From NCBI GenBank assembly GCA_964511995.1, contig CAZEHT010000001.1, positions 33,919-97,918 on the forward strand: a stretch of DNA of 64,000 nt. The letters are read 5' to 3'. The notes under the pieces are model-generated. The model did not search any database, was not told the origin of the DNA, and was given only the letters and a program-made list of their open reading frames with translations. Numbering within the stretch: position 1 is the stretch's first letter; each line of letters starts with the position of its first letter. Both the position numbers and the translations under genes were made by a program. The stretch comes from an uncultured Mycobacterium sp. Its GTDB lineage: Bacteria; Actinomycetota; Actinomycetes; Mycobacteriales; Mycobacteriaceae. Shown here in pieces: positions 1-9,419 of the stretch.

Positions 1-704
1 ATGAACGCATAGACGACGGTTTCATTCACCGCGATGCCTACCCCCTTGGGTCCGCCCTTGACCGTCAAACCCCGGTAGCAGCCCACCAAGCCGGCGACGA
101 GTCCGAACAACAATGCCTTGATCTGAGCGAGGATGAGTTCGGGCAGACCCGTCAGCACGGTGAGGCCGTTGATGAAGGAGCCCGGGTTGACACCCTGCAG
201 GAATACCGAGAAGACGTAGCCGCCGGCGAGCCCGATGGTGCACACCAAGCCGTTGAGCAGCACCGCGACGAAGGTCGATGCCAGCATGCGCGGGACGACG
301 AGGCGCTGGATGGGATTGATGCCCAGCACCTTCATGGCGTCGATTTCCTCGCGGATGGTCCTCGCACCGAGGTCCGCGCAGATCGCCGTCGCTCCGGCAC
401 CCGCGACAACCAGCACCGTGACGATCGGGCCGAGCTGAGTGATGGTGCCGAAGGCGGTGCCTGCCCCGGAAAGGTCGGCCGCGCCGAGCTCACGCAACAG
501 AATGTTGAGGGTGAACGACACCAACACGGTGAACGGGATCGACACGAGCAAGGTCGGAACCAACGACACTTTCGCGATCATCCACGTCTGCTCAAGAAAT
601 TCCCTTAGCTGAAAGGGCCTGCGGAAGGTGTCGCGAAAGGTCTCCAGACTCATCGCGAAGAAACCGCCCACGCCCCGAATTGGAACCACGAGCTTCTTGA
701 TCAA
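1..704 (-). CDS. yrbE4A: Mce4 ABC transporter permease YrbE4A (3' end runs off the window)
   Basis: Manual minus-strand translation from TTG at 704 (RBS GGAAGGG upstream): LIKKLVVPIRGVGGFFAMSLETFRDTFRRPFQLREFLEQTW...GAADLSGAGTAFGTITQLGPIVTVLVVAGAGATAICADLGARTIREEIDAMKVLGINP...AVNETVVYAF, which matches Rv3501c. Not in the ORF track because no stop lies in the window. Confidence 0.93.
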   Translation of the reverse strand, partial: MIKKLVVPIRGVGGFFAMSLETFRDTFRRPFQLREFLEQTWMIAKVSLVPTLLVSIPFTVLVSFTLNILLRELGAADLSGAGTAFGTITQLGPIVTVLVVAGAGATAICADLGARTIREEIDAMKVLGINPIQRLVVPRMLASTFVAVLLNGLVCTIGLAGGYVFSVFLQGVNPGSFINGLTVLTGLPELILAQIKALLFGLVAGLVGCYRGLTVKGGPKGVGIAVNETVVYAF

Positions 705-906
705 CTGCCGGTTCCCTTCCCCGAGCCCAACATCGGTCGCCTGTAAGCGAAGCACGCAGGGCCGGAGCGCAATGGGTGTTTAAGACCCGTTAACTCTTTC
801 GGCCCTATCGTGAAACGGGATCATAGCGAGAATGTCAGCGCCGCAATGTCAAAGAACGAAAATAGTTTGTTCTCGCAGTTCAGGGGGCATTGGGTTGGGC
901 GTGTTC

Positions 907-920
907 TGGAACATGTTCCA
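907..920. promoter_or_regulatory. KstR operator upstream of the mce4 operon
   Basis: TGGAACATGTTCCA, a perfect palindrome matching the KstR consensus TnnAACnnGTTnnA. Confidence 0.85.
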
Positions 921-955
921 CTACAGGGCAACTGCCCACGGCCTGGTTGAAGACG

Positions 956-1882
956 TCAGTCGTCCAACAATCCGACAGCTGAAAACATCCGCTCCGGAGG
1001 ACGTCCAGCAAAGTATTCGGAGACCGCTTCGCTAAGCCTGCGCGGATCCCACGCATCGCCGTCGGCGACGAATTTGTGCTCGAGCACCGGCGCCGCGACC
1101 AACGCGACAGACCGGCCGTAGACGATGAAGACCTGCCCGTTGACCTCATCGGCGGCGGGTGATGCGAGGTACCGGACCAACGTCACGACATGCTCGGGCG
1201 ACAACGGGTCGACATCGCCCTCTTCCAGCGGCGGAGCGTCCCCGAAAGCGCCAGCAGTCATCGCAGTGCGCGCACGCGGGCAAATCGCGTTGGCACGCAC
1301 GCCATAGCGCGCCAAACCACGCGCAGCCGACACCGTCAGTGCGGTGATACCCGCTTTTGCCGCACCGTAATTCGCTTGGCCGGGGGGGCCGCCCAAGCCT
1401 GCCTCCGACGATGTGTTGACGAGCCGGCCGTAGACGGTCCCGCCGTTGAGCTTGGCCTTGTCTCTCCAGTAGGCGGCTGCATTGCGAGTCACGAGGAAGT
1501 GGCCGCGCAGGTGGACGGCGAGCACCGCGTCGAAGTCCTCGTCGGACATGTTGAACAGCATGCGGTCGCGCGTGATGCCCGCGTTGTTCACGACGATGTC
1601 GAGTCCGCCCAGGCCGTCCGCCACCGCGACCAGTTCGTCGGCCGTCGAGCGCTGGCTGATGTCGCCGGCCACCGCGACACCCTTTGAGCCCGCTGCCGAG
1701 ATGGCGTCGAGCACGTCGGACGACCCGAGGGCCCCGGCGACGTCGTTGACCACCACTGTGGCGCCGGCGCTGGCAAGACCGACGGCCTCGGCGCGGCCCA
1801 GGCCCGCGGCCGCGCCGGTAACCACTGCGATCTTTCCGGACAAATCGGTCACTGCGCCTTCTCCACTCACGGTTTCGGTCAA
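956..1882 (-). CDS. hsd4A: SDR 3-hydroxyacyl-CoA/17beta-hydroxysteroid dehydrogenase (Rv3502c ortholog)
   Basis: TGAAAGLG, NNAG and YGAAK SDR motifs; position between yrbE4A and fdxD. Confidence 0.88.
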   Translation of the reverse strand: MTETVSGEGAVTDLSGKIAVVTGAAAGLGRAEAVGLASAGATVVVNDVAGALGSSDVLDAISAAGSKGVAVAGDISQRSTADELVAVADGLGGLDIVVNNAGITRDRMLFNMSDEDFDAVLAVHLRGHFLVTRNAAAYWRDKAKLNGGTVYGRLVNTSSEAGLGGPPGQANYGAAKAGITALTVSAARGLARYGVRANAICPRARTAMTAGAFGDAPPLEEGDVDPLSPEHVVTLVRYLASPAADEVNGQVFIVYGRSVALVAAPVLEHKFVADGDAWDPRRLSEAVSEYFAGRPPERMFSAVGLLDD

Positions 1883-1895
1883 CGTATGAATACCT

Positions 1896-2087
1896 CTAGT
1901 CTTTGCGGAGCAGGGCTGCGCGCGGGCACTCGGCGATGGCCTGCTCGGCGACGTCCTCCTGGTCGGCCGGAATCTCGTCGACCTTCATCACGGCGTAGTC
2001 GTCGTCGTCGAGGTCGAACAGGTCCGGGGCGATTCCGACGCATACGGCGTTGCCTTCGCAACGGTCGTGGTCCACTTCCACCCTCAT
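1896..2087 (-). CDS. fdxD: Ferredoxin (Rv3503c ortholog)
   Basis: 63 aa, CEGNAVC...CP motif; synteny. Confidence 0.9.
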   Translation of the reverse strand: MRVEVDHDRCEGNAVCVGIAPDLFDLDDDDYAVMKVDEIPADQEDVAEQAIAECPRAALLRKD

Positions 2088-2235
2088 GACTCCTCCTAAC
2101 TACGAGTCTCCCCGGGGGTTCTCCTCAGGAGAATCCGGTGCCCGCGCGTCGGTGCCCGGGCCCGAGAAGCACCCTCGGCATCAGGATAGGACGCCCCGGG
2201 ACACGCTAGGCTGATACCGCCTTGGAGCCTAAGAC

Positions 2236-2249
2236 TAGAACGTGTTACA
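2236..2249. promoter_or_regulatory. KstR operator between fdxD and fadE26
   Basis: TAGAACGTGTTACA matches TnnAACnnGTTnnA in the divergent intergenic region. Confidence 0.85.
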
Positions 2250-2297
2250 ACCTGGTTGGAAGACGGGTTGTCGATTTATCGAGGTGAGGACGAACGG

Positions 2298-3479
2298 ATG
2301 CGGATCGGCTACAGCCCAGAGCAGGAAGAGTTGCGCCGCGAGCTGCGCGCTTACTTCGCCCAACTGATGACGCCGGAGCGCACGGAGGCGCTGACGTCTG
2401 CGGGCGGCGAGTACGGGAAGGGCAACGCCTACCGCGACACCGTCGCGCAGATGGGCAAGGACGGCTGGCTCGCGCTGGGCTGGCCCACGGAGTACGGCGG
2501 CCAGGCCCGCTCCAGCATGGACCAGCTGATCTTCACCGACGAGGCCGCCATCGCGGGTGCGCCCGTACCGTTCTTGACGATCAACAGCGTCGCGCCGACG
2601 ATCATGGCGTTCGGCACCGACGCCCAGAAGAAGTTCTACCTTCCCCGGATCGCGTCAGGTGACCTGCACTTCTCTATCGGCTATTCCGAACCGGGTGCCG
2701 GCACGGACCTGGCCTCGCTGCGCACCACCGCGGTGCGCGACGGTGACGACTACGTCATCAACGGCCAGAAGATGTGGACGAGCCTCATCCCCTACGCCGA
2801 TTACGTCTGGCTGGCGGTACGCACCAACGCCGATGTCAAAAAGCACCGCGGCATCTCGATGCTGATCGTCCCCACGACCGCGGAGGGTTTCTCGTGGACC
2901 CCGGTGCATACCATGTCCGGCGTCGACACGAGCGCCACCTACTACCAGGACGTCCGCGTTCCGGTGACCAACCTGGTCGGCGGGGAGAACGAGGGCTGGA
3001 AACTGGTGACCAACCAGCTCAACCATGAGCGGGTGGCGCTCGTCTCCGCTCAGCCCATCTTTCTTGCGCTCGACGGCGTTCGCGAGTGGGCGCAGAACAC
3101 CAAGGACGCCCGCGGCAACCGGGTTATCGACTCGGAGTGGGTCCAGCTAAATCTGGCCCGGGTGCACGCCAAGGCCGAGGTGCTCAAGCTGATCAACTGG
3201 GAACTGGCCTCATCCGAGGCCGCGGCACCGTCCCCGGCGGACGCGTCGGCCGCCAAGGTGTTCGGGACGGAACTGGCCACCGAGGCCTACCGGCTGCTCA
3301 TGGAGGTGCTCGGCACCACCGCGACACTGCGCGCGGACTCGCCCGGCGCCAAACTGCGCGGTCGGGTCGAGCGGATGCACCGGTCCTGCCTGATCCTGAC
3401 ATTCGGTGGCGGCACCAACGAGATCCAGCGCGACATCATCGGAATGGTCGCGCTCGGCCTTCCCCGGGTCAACCGCTAG
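2298..3479 (+). CDS. fadE26: Acyl-CoA dehydrogenase ChsE4 (Rv3504 ortholog)
   Basis: MRIGYSPEQEELRREL..., IGYSEPGAGTDLASL, TFGGGTNEIQR; ATG at 2298 follows GAGG. Confidence 0.92.
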   Translation: MRIGYSPEQEELRRELRAYFAQLMTPERTEALTSAGGEYGKGNAYRDTVAQMGKDGWLALGWPTEYGGQARSSMDQLIFTDEAAIAGAPVPFLTINSVAPTIMAFGTDAQKKFYLPRIASGDLHFSIGYSEPGAGTDLASLRTTAVRDGDDYVINGQKMWTSLIPYADYVWLAVRTNADVKKHRGISMLIVPTTAEGFSWTPVHTMSGVDTSATYYQDVRVPVTNLVGGENEGWKLVTNQLNHERVALVSAQPIFLALDGVREWAQNTKDARGNRVIDSEWVQLNLARVHAKAEVLKLINWELASSEAAAPSPADASAAKVFGTELATEAYRLLMEVLGTTATLRADSPGAKLRGRVERMHRSCLILTFGGGTNEIQRDIIGMVALGLPRVNR

Positions 3480-3497
3480 GAAACGCAGGAGATTCAC

Positions 3498-4613
3498 ATG
3501 GACTTTTCGAGAACCGAGGCATCCGACGACCTCGGCGGCCTGGTGCGTACCATCACCGAAGCGGTGTGCACACCCGAGCACCAACGTGTCCTCGACGGCC
3601 TGGACCAGCGCTTCGACCGCACTCTGTGGAGCAAGCTCATCGACGCCGACATCCTCTCGGCCGCCGCACCGGAGGTACTGGACGGCGGCGGCTACGGCGT
3701 ACTGGAGCAGACGGCGGTGCTCGAAGCGCTGGGACGCCAGTTGGCTGCGGTTCCCTACCTGGAGTCCGCCGTGCTGGCCGCCGGCGCTCTGGCGAAGTAC
3801 GGCTCCGCCGACCTGCGGCAGCAGTGGGGCATACCGGCGGTCGGCGGCACCAAGATCCTCACGGTCGCCCTCGCCGGAGAGATGGGCGAGGGTCCCGTCC
3901 AGGCTCAGGCCGCCGCCGACGGTTCCGGCTATCGGTTGACCGGCACCCGCACCCAGATCGCATTCGGGCCGGTCGCAGACGCCATCCTGGTTCCCGCCGA
4001 AACCGAGTCGGGCACCAGGGTGTTCGTCGTCGCGCCGGATGATCCCGGCGTCACCGTCACCGCGCTGAACACCACCGGCCTCGGCAGTGTGGGCCACCTC
4101 GAGCTGGCGGCCGTGCAGGTGGGCACCGACCGGGTCGTTGGAGCAGCCGACGACGCTGCCGAGGTCGTCGACTGGCTTACCGTCCATCGGGCCCTGGGTC
4201 TTTCGGCCTACCAGCTCGGCGTCCTGGCGCGCGCGCTGGAGATGACCGCGGACTACGCGCGCGAGCGCGAACAGTTCGGCCGTCCGATCGGCAGCTTTCA
4301 GGCGGTCGCGCAGCGGCTCGCTGACGGCTACATCGACATCAAGGGTTTGCGGCTCACGCTCACGCAGGCGGCCTGGAAGCTGCAGGAAGGCCTCGCCGCC
4401 GAGGTGGACGTGCGTACGGCGGCGTTCTGGGCCGCCGAAGCCGGCCACCGGGTCGCCCACACGGCGGTGCACGTGCACGGCGGCGTCGGGATCGACATGG
4501 ACCATCCGGTGCACCGGTACTTCCTGGCGGCCAAGCAGGCCGAGTTCGCGCTGGGCAGTGCGACCGGCCAGCTGCTCGTCATCGGGCGTGAACTGGCCGA
4601 CAGCCCCGCCTGA
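3498..4613 (+). CDS. fadE27: Acyl-CoA dehydrogenase ChsE5, partner subunit (Rv3505 ortholog)
   Basis: ACAD fold, REQFGRPIGSFQAV, HVHGGVGID; follows fadE26. Confidence 0.9.
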   Translation: MDFSRTEASDDLGGLVRTITEAVCTPEHQRVLDGLDQRFDRTLWSKLIDADILSAAAPEVLDGGGYGVLEQTAVLEALGRQLAAVPYLESAVLAAGALAKYGSADLRQQWGIPAVGGTKILTVALAGEMGEGPVQAQAAADGSGYRLTGTRTQIAFGPVADAILVPAETESGTRVFVVAPDDPGVTVTALNTTGLGSVGHLELAAVQVGTDRVVGAADDAAEVVDWLTVHRALGLSAYQLGVLARALEMTADYAREREQFGRPIGSFQAVAQRLADGYIDIKGLRLTLTQAAWKLQEGLAAEVDVRTAAFWAAEAGHRVAHTAVHVHGGVGIDMDHPVHRYFLAAKQAEFALGSATGQLLVIGRELADSPA

Positions 4614-4628
4614 GCCGAACGGCGCCCA

Positions 4629-6161
4629 TTGTCCAGCCCGACCGTCACGCAGCTGCTGGCTCCCCTGGCCGAGGTCGAGGACCGCGGGCTGCGCTGGGCG
4701 GAGAAGTCCGGAGAGGACGACAAGGTTTCGTTCGTCAGCTGGCGCGCACACATTCAGGACGCGGCCGCCCTGGCGGCGCTGTTGCGCGGCCGACTCGACC
4801 CCGACCGCCCCCCACACGTCGGACTGCTGCTGGGGAATACGCCGTTCTTCTGTACGATGCTCGTCGCGGCGGCCTTATCGGGGATCGTGCCGGTCGGCCT
4901 CAATCCGACGCGCCGGGGCGCGGCGCTGCAACGCGATGCCGACCACTCGGACTGCCAACTGGTGCTTGCCGACCGGGAGTATCAGCACACGACGCCTGAC
5001 GCTCTGCACGCGGTCGACGTGGAGTCCGCGGCGTTTGCCGCCGAACTAGCCCGACACGCCGGTGCAGCGGTCGAATTCCCCACCGTCGATCCCGAGGACC
5101 TTTTCATGCTGGTGTTCACATCGGGCACCGGCGGCGATCCCAAGGCGGTGCGGTGCACCCACGAGAAGGTCGCGTTCCCCGGCGTGATGCTCGCGACCCG
5201 GTTCGGCCTGGGCTCCGACGACACGTGCTATCTGTCGATGCCGCTGTTCCATTCGAACGCGATCATGGCGGGCTGGGCGCCCGCGGTGGCGGCAGGCGCG
5301 TCGATCGCGTTGCGTCGCAAGTTCTCCCCATCGGGTTTCTTCCCGGATGTCCGGCGGTTCGGCGCGACGTACGCCAACTACGTCGGGAAGCCGCTGTCCT
5401 ACGTCCTGGCCACTCCCCCGGCTCCCGACGACGCCGACAATCCGCTGCGGGTTGCCTACGGCAACGAAGGCGCACCACACGACCTGGACCGATTCTCCAG
5501 ACGATTCGGTGTCGAGGTGGTCGACGGCTTCGGTTCCACCGAAGGCGGCGTCTCGATCGCACGCACACCGGACACTCCCGATGCGGCGCTGGGCCCGTTG
5601 ACGGGCGGCGTGACCATCGTCGACGTCGACACCGGTGAGCAATGCCCGCCCGGAGTCATCGGCGAGCTGGTGAACACGTCCGGTCGCGGCCAGTTCCGTG
5701 GCTATTACAAGGATGCGTCCGCTGAGGCGCAGCGGATGGCCGGAGGCGTCTACCACAGCGGTGACCTGGCCTATCGGGACGAGAACAACTTCGCGTACTT
5801 CGCCGGGCGCCACGGTGACTGGATGCGTGTCGACGGCGAGAACCTGGGCACGGCGCCCATCGAACGCATCCTGACGCGCTATCCGGGCGTCACCGAGGCA
5901 GCGGTCTACGCGATCCCCGATGCGGGCGTCGGCGATCGGGTGATGGCGGCACTGGTCCTGCCCGAAGGAGCCGTTTTCGACCCCGGCGCGTTCACGGATT
6001 TCCTGTCCATACAGGACGATCTCGGTCCCAAGCAGTGGCCTTCCTTCGTCCGGGTCGCCACCACCCTGCCTCGCACCGAAACGTTCAAGATCCTCAAACG
6101 CCAGCTGTCATCGGAGGGCACCGCCTGCGGCGACCGCGTCTACGAGATCACCCGGCGGTGA
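4629..6161 (+). CDS. fadD17: Acyl-CoA synthetase FadD17 (Rv3506 ortholog)
   Basis: FTSGTGGDPK, GFGSTEGG, YHSGDLAY, RVDGENL; synteny. Confidence 0.88.
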   Translation: MSSPTVTQLLAPLAEVEDRGLRWAEKSGEDDKVSFVSWRAHIQDAAALAALLRGRLDPDRPPHVGLLLGNTPFFCTMLVAAALSGIVPVGLNPTRRGAALQRDADHSDCQLVLADREYQHTTPDALHAVDVESAAFAAELARHAGAAVEFPTVDPEDLFMLVFTSGTGGDPKAVRCTHEKVAFPGVMLATRFGLGSDDTCYLSMPLFHSNAIMAGWAPAVAAGASIALRRKFSPSGFFPDVRRFGATYANYVGKPLSYVLATPPAPDDADNPLRVAYGNEGAPHDLDRFSRRFGVEVVDGFGSTEGGVSIARTPDTPDAALGPLTGGVTIVDVDTGEQCPPGVIGELVNTSGRGQFRGYYKDASAEAQRMAGGVYHSGDLAYRDENNFAYFAGRHGDWMRVDGENLGTAPIERILTRYPGVTEAAVYAIPDAGVGDRVMAALVLPEGAVFDPGAFTDFLSIQDDLGPKQWPSFVRVATTLPRTETFKILKRQLSSEGTACGDRVYEITRR

Positions 6162-7837
6162 GCGCGGACCGCGGCGATCGCCCACGCGCCAGCCGTGACG
6201 ATATCGCGACGACGCTGCTGGACCGTCTCGGCGATACCCACCCCGGGCTGCGGACCCGGGAACGGGATTGGACGTGGGACGCGGTGGCGCGTGAATCCGC
6301 CGCCCGCGCCGCACTGGCCCGGTCGTTGCGCACCGAGAGCCCGTTTCATATCGGTGTGCTGCTGGATAACGTCGAAGACTTCGTGTTCTGGCTCGGCGGC
6401 GCCGCGCTGGCCGGCGCGACGATCGTCGGCATCAACCCGACCCGTGGTGCGGCCGAACTGGCCGGCGATATCCGTCACGCGGACTGCCAGCTGATCGTCA
6501 CCGACACCGCCCGCAGGCAACGGCTCGCAGGCCTCGACCTCGGCCTCGCCGCAGACCGCTATATCCTCGTCGACGATCCCGCCTACGGCAGGATGGTCGA
6601 CGACCACCGCGGCGAGCCCGGCGTCGCGGCGGGCGTGGGCCCCGATTCGCTGTTGCTGCTGCTCTTCACCTCGGGCACTACCGGCCTTTCCAAGGCCGTC
6701 AAATGCAGTCAGGGGCGACTGGCCCGGGTCGCGGCCACCGCCGTCTCGAAGTTCGGCCACACCCGCGACGACGTCGAGTACTGCTGTATGCCGCTGTTCC
6801 ACGGCAACGCGCTGATGGCCCTGTGGGCGCCGGCGTTGTCTGTCGGCGCCACGGTGTGCCTGACGCCGACGTTCTCGGCGTCCGGGTTCCTGCCCGATGT
6901 GCGATTCTTTGGCGTAACCTACTTCACGTATGTGGGCAAAGCGGTGGCTTACGTGCTGGCCACGCCCGAAGCGCCGGACGACGCCGACAACTCGCTGACG
7001 CGCGGCTTCGGCACCGAGGCTTCCCCCCACGACCGGGAAGACTTCAAGCGCCGGTTCGGCGCCGAGCTGTTCGAAGGCTACGGCTCCAGCGAAGGCGGCA
7101 ATATGGCCACCCCGGATGCTGACGCCCCGGCCGGAGCGCTCGGACGGCCAGCACGCAGCGGCGTGACGATCGTCGACCCGGAGTCGCTGGACCCCTGCCC
7201 GCCGGCGATTCTGGACGCCGGCGGTCGGGTACTCAACGCCGACGAGGCCGTCGGGGAGATCGTTGACCGCGACGGCGCCCGCGATTTCGAGGGCTACTAC
7301 AAGAACGAGGCGGCCGACGCCGAGCGGCTGCGCGGCGGGTGGTACTGGACCGGTGACCTCGGATACGTCGACGAAGCGGGTTTCCTCTACTTCGCCGGAC
7401 GGCGGGGCGACTGGATCCGCGTCGACGGCGAGAACACCTCGGCACTGATTACCGAACGGGTGCTGCGCCGCCACCCCGGCATCGTCGCGGCCGCGGTGTA
7501 CGCCGTGCCCGATCCGCGCTCGGGCGACCAGATGATGGCGGCCGTCGAAGTGGTCGAACCGGATTCGTTCGATGTCGCGGGTCTGGCCGAATACCTGGGC
7601 ACACAAAGCGATCTGGGCAGCAAAGGCATTCCGCGGCTGCTGCGGTTCTCCGCGCGCCTGCCCGTGACCGGATCCAACAAGGTGCTCAAACGCGAACTTC
7701 AGGCCCAACGGTGGCGCTGTGACGAACCGGTGTACCACTGGCCGGGCCGCGGGCGTCCCGAATACGTCCTTATGGACCGGGCTCGACTAGATGAGCTCGA
7801 CGCGGAGTTCACGCGCCACCGGCGCGACCACGTGTGA
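6158..7837 (+). CDS. Second FadD17/FadD1-like acyl-CoA synthetase
   Basis: FTSGTTGLSK, GYGSSEG, YWTGDLGY, RVDGENT; GTG start at 6158 overlaps the fadD17 stop (GTGA). Confidence 0.85.
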   Translation: MSADRGDRPRASRDDIATTLLDRLGDTHPGLRTRERDWTWDAVARESAARAALARSLRTESPFHIGVLLDNVEDFVFWLGGAALAGATIVGINPTRGAAELAGDIRHADCQLIVTDTARRQRLAGLDLGLAADRYILVDDPAYGRMVDDHRGEPGVAAGVGPDSLLLLLFTSGTTGLSKAVKCSQGRLARVAATAVSKFGHTRDDVEYCCMPLFHGNALMALWAPALSVGATVCLTPTFSASGFLPDVRFFGVTYFTYVGKAVAYVLATPEAPDDADNSLTRGFGTEASPHDREDFKRRFGAELFEGYGSSEGGNMATPDADAPAGALGRPARSGVTIVDPESLDPCPPAILDAGGRVLNADEAVGEIVDRDGARDFEGYYKNEAADAERLRGGWYWTGDLGYVDEAGFLYFAGRRGDWIRVDGENTSALITERVLRRHPGIVAAAVYAVPDPRSGDQMMAAVEVVEPDSFDVAGLAEYLGTQSDLGSKGIPRLLRFSARLPVTGSNKVLKRELQAQRWRCDEPVYHWPGRGRPEYVLMDRARLDELDAEFTRHRRDHV

Positions 7838-7853
7838 GGGAAGGGACCGCCGA

Positions 7854-9419
7854 ATGGTCGAGTCGAACGTCGAGTGGTATGCCGAATGCGATGTCCTGGT
7901 GGCGGGTTCGGGCGCCGGGGGCGTCACTGGGGCCTATACGGCCGCGCGTGAAGGTTTAGAGGTCGTTCTAGTCGAGGCGACCGACATGTTCGGCGGCACG
8001 ACCGCATATTCCGGGGGCGGCGGGATGTGGTTCCCGGCGAACCCGGTGCTGTTGCGAGCCGGGACCGACGACACCGTCGAGGACGCGCTGGAGTACTACA
8101 CCGCCGTCGTCGGCGATCGCACGCCCCGTGAACTGCAGGAAGCCTATGTCCGCGGCGGGGCGCCGCTGATCGAGTACCTGGAACACGACGAACGGCTGAA
8201 GTTTCAGGTGCTGCCGTGGCCCGACTACTTCGGCAGCGCTCCCAAGGCACGTGGCGACGGCATGCGGCACATCGTGGCGAAGGCGCTGCGGGTATCGGCC
8301 GTTCCGGAGCTGCGGGAGTCGATCCGCGGCCCGTTGGACGCCGATCGGCTCGGTGCCGCCCGCCCCGACGACTATTTCATCGGCGGCCGCGCGCTGATCG
8401 CCCGATTCCTGGTCGCCACGGCCAGATATCCCAACGCCTCGACACGGCTCAACACCGCACTGGTCGAACTGGTACTCGACGACGGTACGGTGACGGGTGC
8501 CGTGGTGGAAACCGGCGGACGGCGTGAGACGATTCGCACCCGCCGCGGCGTGGTGCTGGCCGCCGGCGGCTTCGAGCAAAACGATGCGCTGCGCGCCAGG
8601 TACGGGGTGCCCGGCTCGTCGCGGGACACGATGGGACCCTGGGGGAACCTCGGCCGCGCGCATTTGGCGGCCATAGCGGTCGGTGCGGACACCGACCTGA
8701 TGGATGAGGCGTGGTGGTCTCCCGGCCTCACCCATCCCGACGGGCGTTCCGCGTTCGCCCTGTGGTTCACCGGCGGCATCTTCGTCAATCGCCACGGCGA
8801 GCGTTTCGTCAACGAGTCGCAAGCCTATGACCGGCTCGGGCGCGAAGTCGTCTCGGCGCTGGCCGACGGCTCGGTGGCGCTGCCGTACTGGATGATCTAC
8901 GACGACCGGGAGGGTGTGGTACCGCCCGTGAAGGCGACCAACGTCTCGATGGCCGAACCCGAGCGCTACGTCGAGGCGGGGCTTTGGCACACCGCCGACT
9001 CCCTCCACGGGCTGGCCGTCAAGATCGGCGTTCCGGCGGATCGTCTGGTGGCTACCGTGGCGCGTTTCAACGAGTTCGCCGCCCGAGGTGTCGACGAGGA
9101 CTTCGGGCGCGGCGACGAACCCTACGACCGGGCGTTCTCCCGCGGCAAATCGCCCCTGCACCCCATCGAGCGGGCACCGTTCCACGCGGCGGCTTTCGGC
9201 ATCTCCGACCTGGGAACCAAGGGCGGATTGCGCACCGATCCCGCCGCTCGCGTGCTCGACGTATCGGGAAACGTGATACCCGGCCTGTATGCAGCGGGCA
9301 ACACGATGGCGGCACCGAGCGGCGCCGTCTACCCTGGGGGCGGAAACCCGATCGGTACGAGCATGGTGTTCGCCCATCTGGCGGTGATGGACATGCTCGA
9401 CGTGTCATCCCAGCAATGA
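7854..9419 (+). CDS. 3-ketosteroid Delta1-dehydrogenase, KsdD/KstD1-type FAD oxidoreductase
   Basis: GSGAGG FAD motif, GGTTAYSGGGGMWFPANPV, SDLGTKGGLRTD, YPGGGNPIG; closely resembles the Nocardioides/Pimelobacter simplex KsdD sequence as recalled. Confidence 0.82.
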   Translation: MVESNVEWYAECDVLVAGSGAGGVTGAYTAAREGLEVVLVEATDMFGGTTAYSGGGGMWFPANPVLLRAGTDDTVEDALEYYTAVVGDRTPRELQEAYVRGGAPLIEYLEHDERLKFQVLPWPDYFGSAPKARGDGMRHIVAKALRVSAVPELRESIRGPLDADRLGAARPDDYFIGGRALIARFLVATARYPNASTRLNTALVELVLDDGTVTGAVVETGGRRETIRTRRGVVLAAGGFEQNDALRARYGVPGSSRDTMGPWGNLGRAHLAAIAVGADTDLMDEAWWSPGLTHPDGRSAFALWFTGGIFVNRHGERFVNESQAYDRLGREVVSALADGSVALPYWMIYDDREGVVPPVKATNVSMAEPERYVEAGLWHTADSLHGLAVKIGVPADRLVATVARFNEFAARGVDEDFGRGDEPYDRAFSRGKSPLHPIERAPFHAAAFGISDLGTKGGLRTDPAARVLDVSGNVIPGLYAAGNTMAAPSGAVYPGGGNPIGTSMVFAHLAVMDMLDVSSQQ

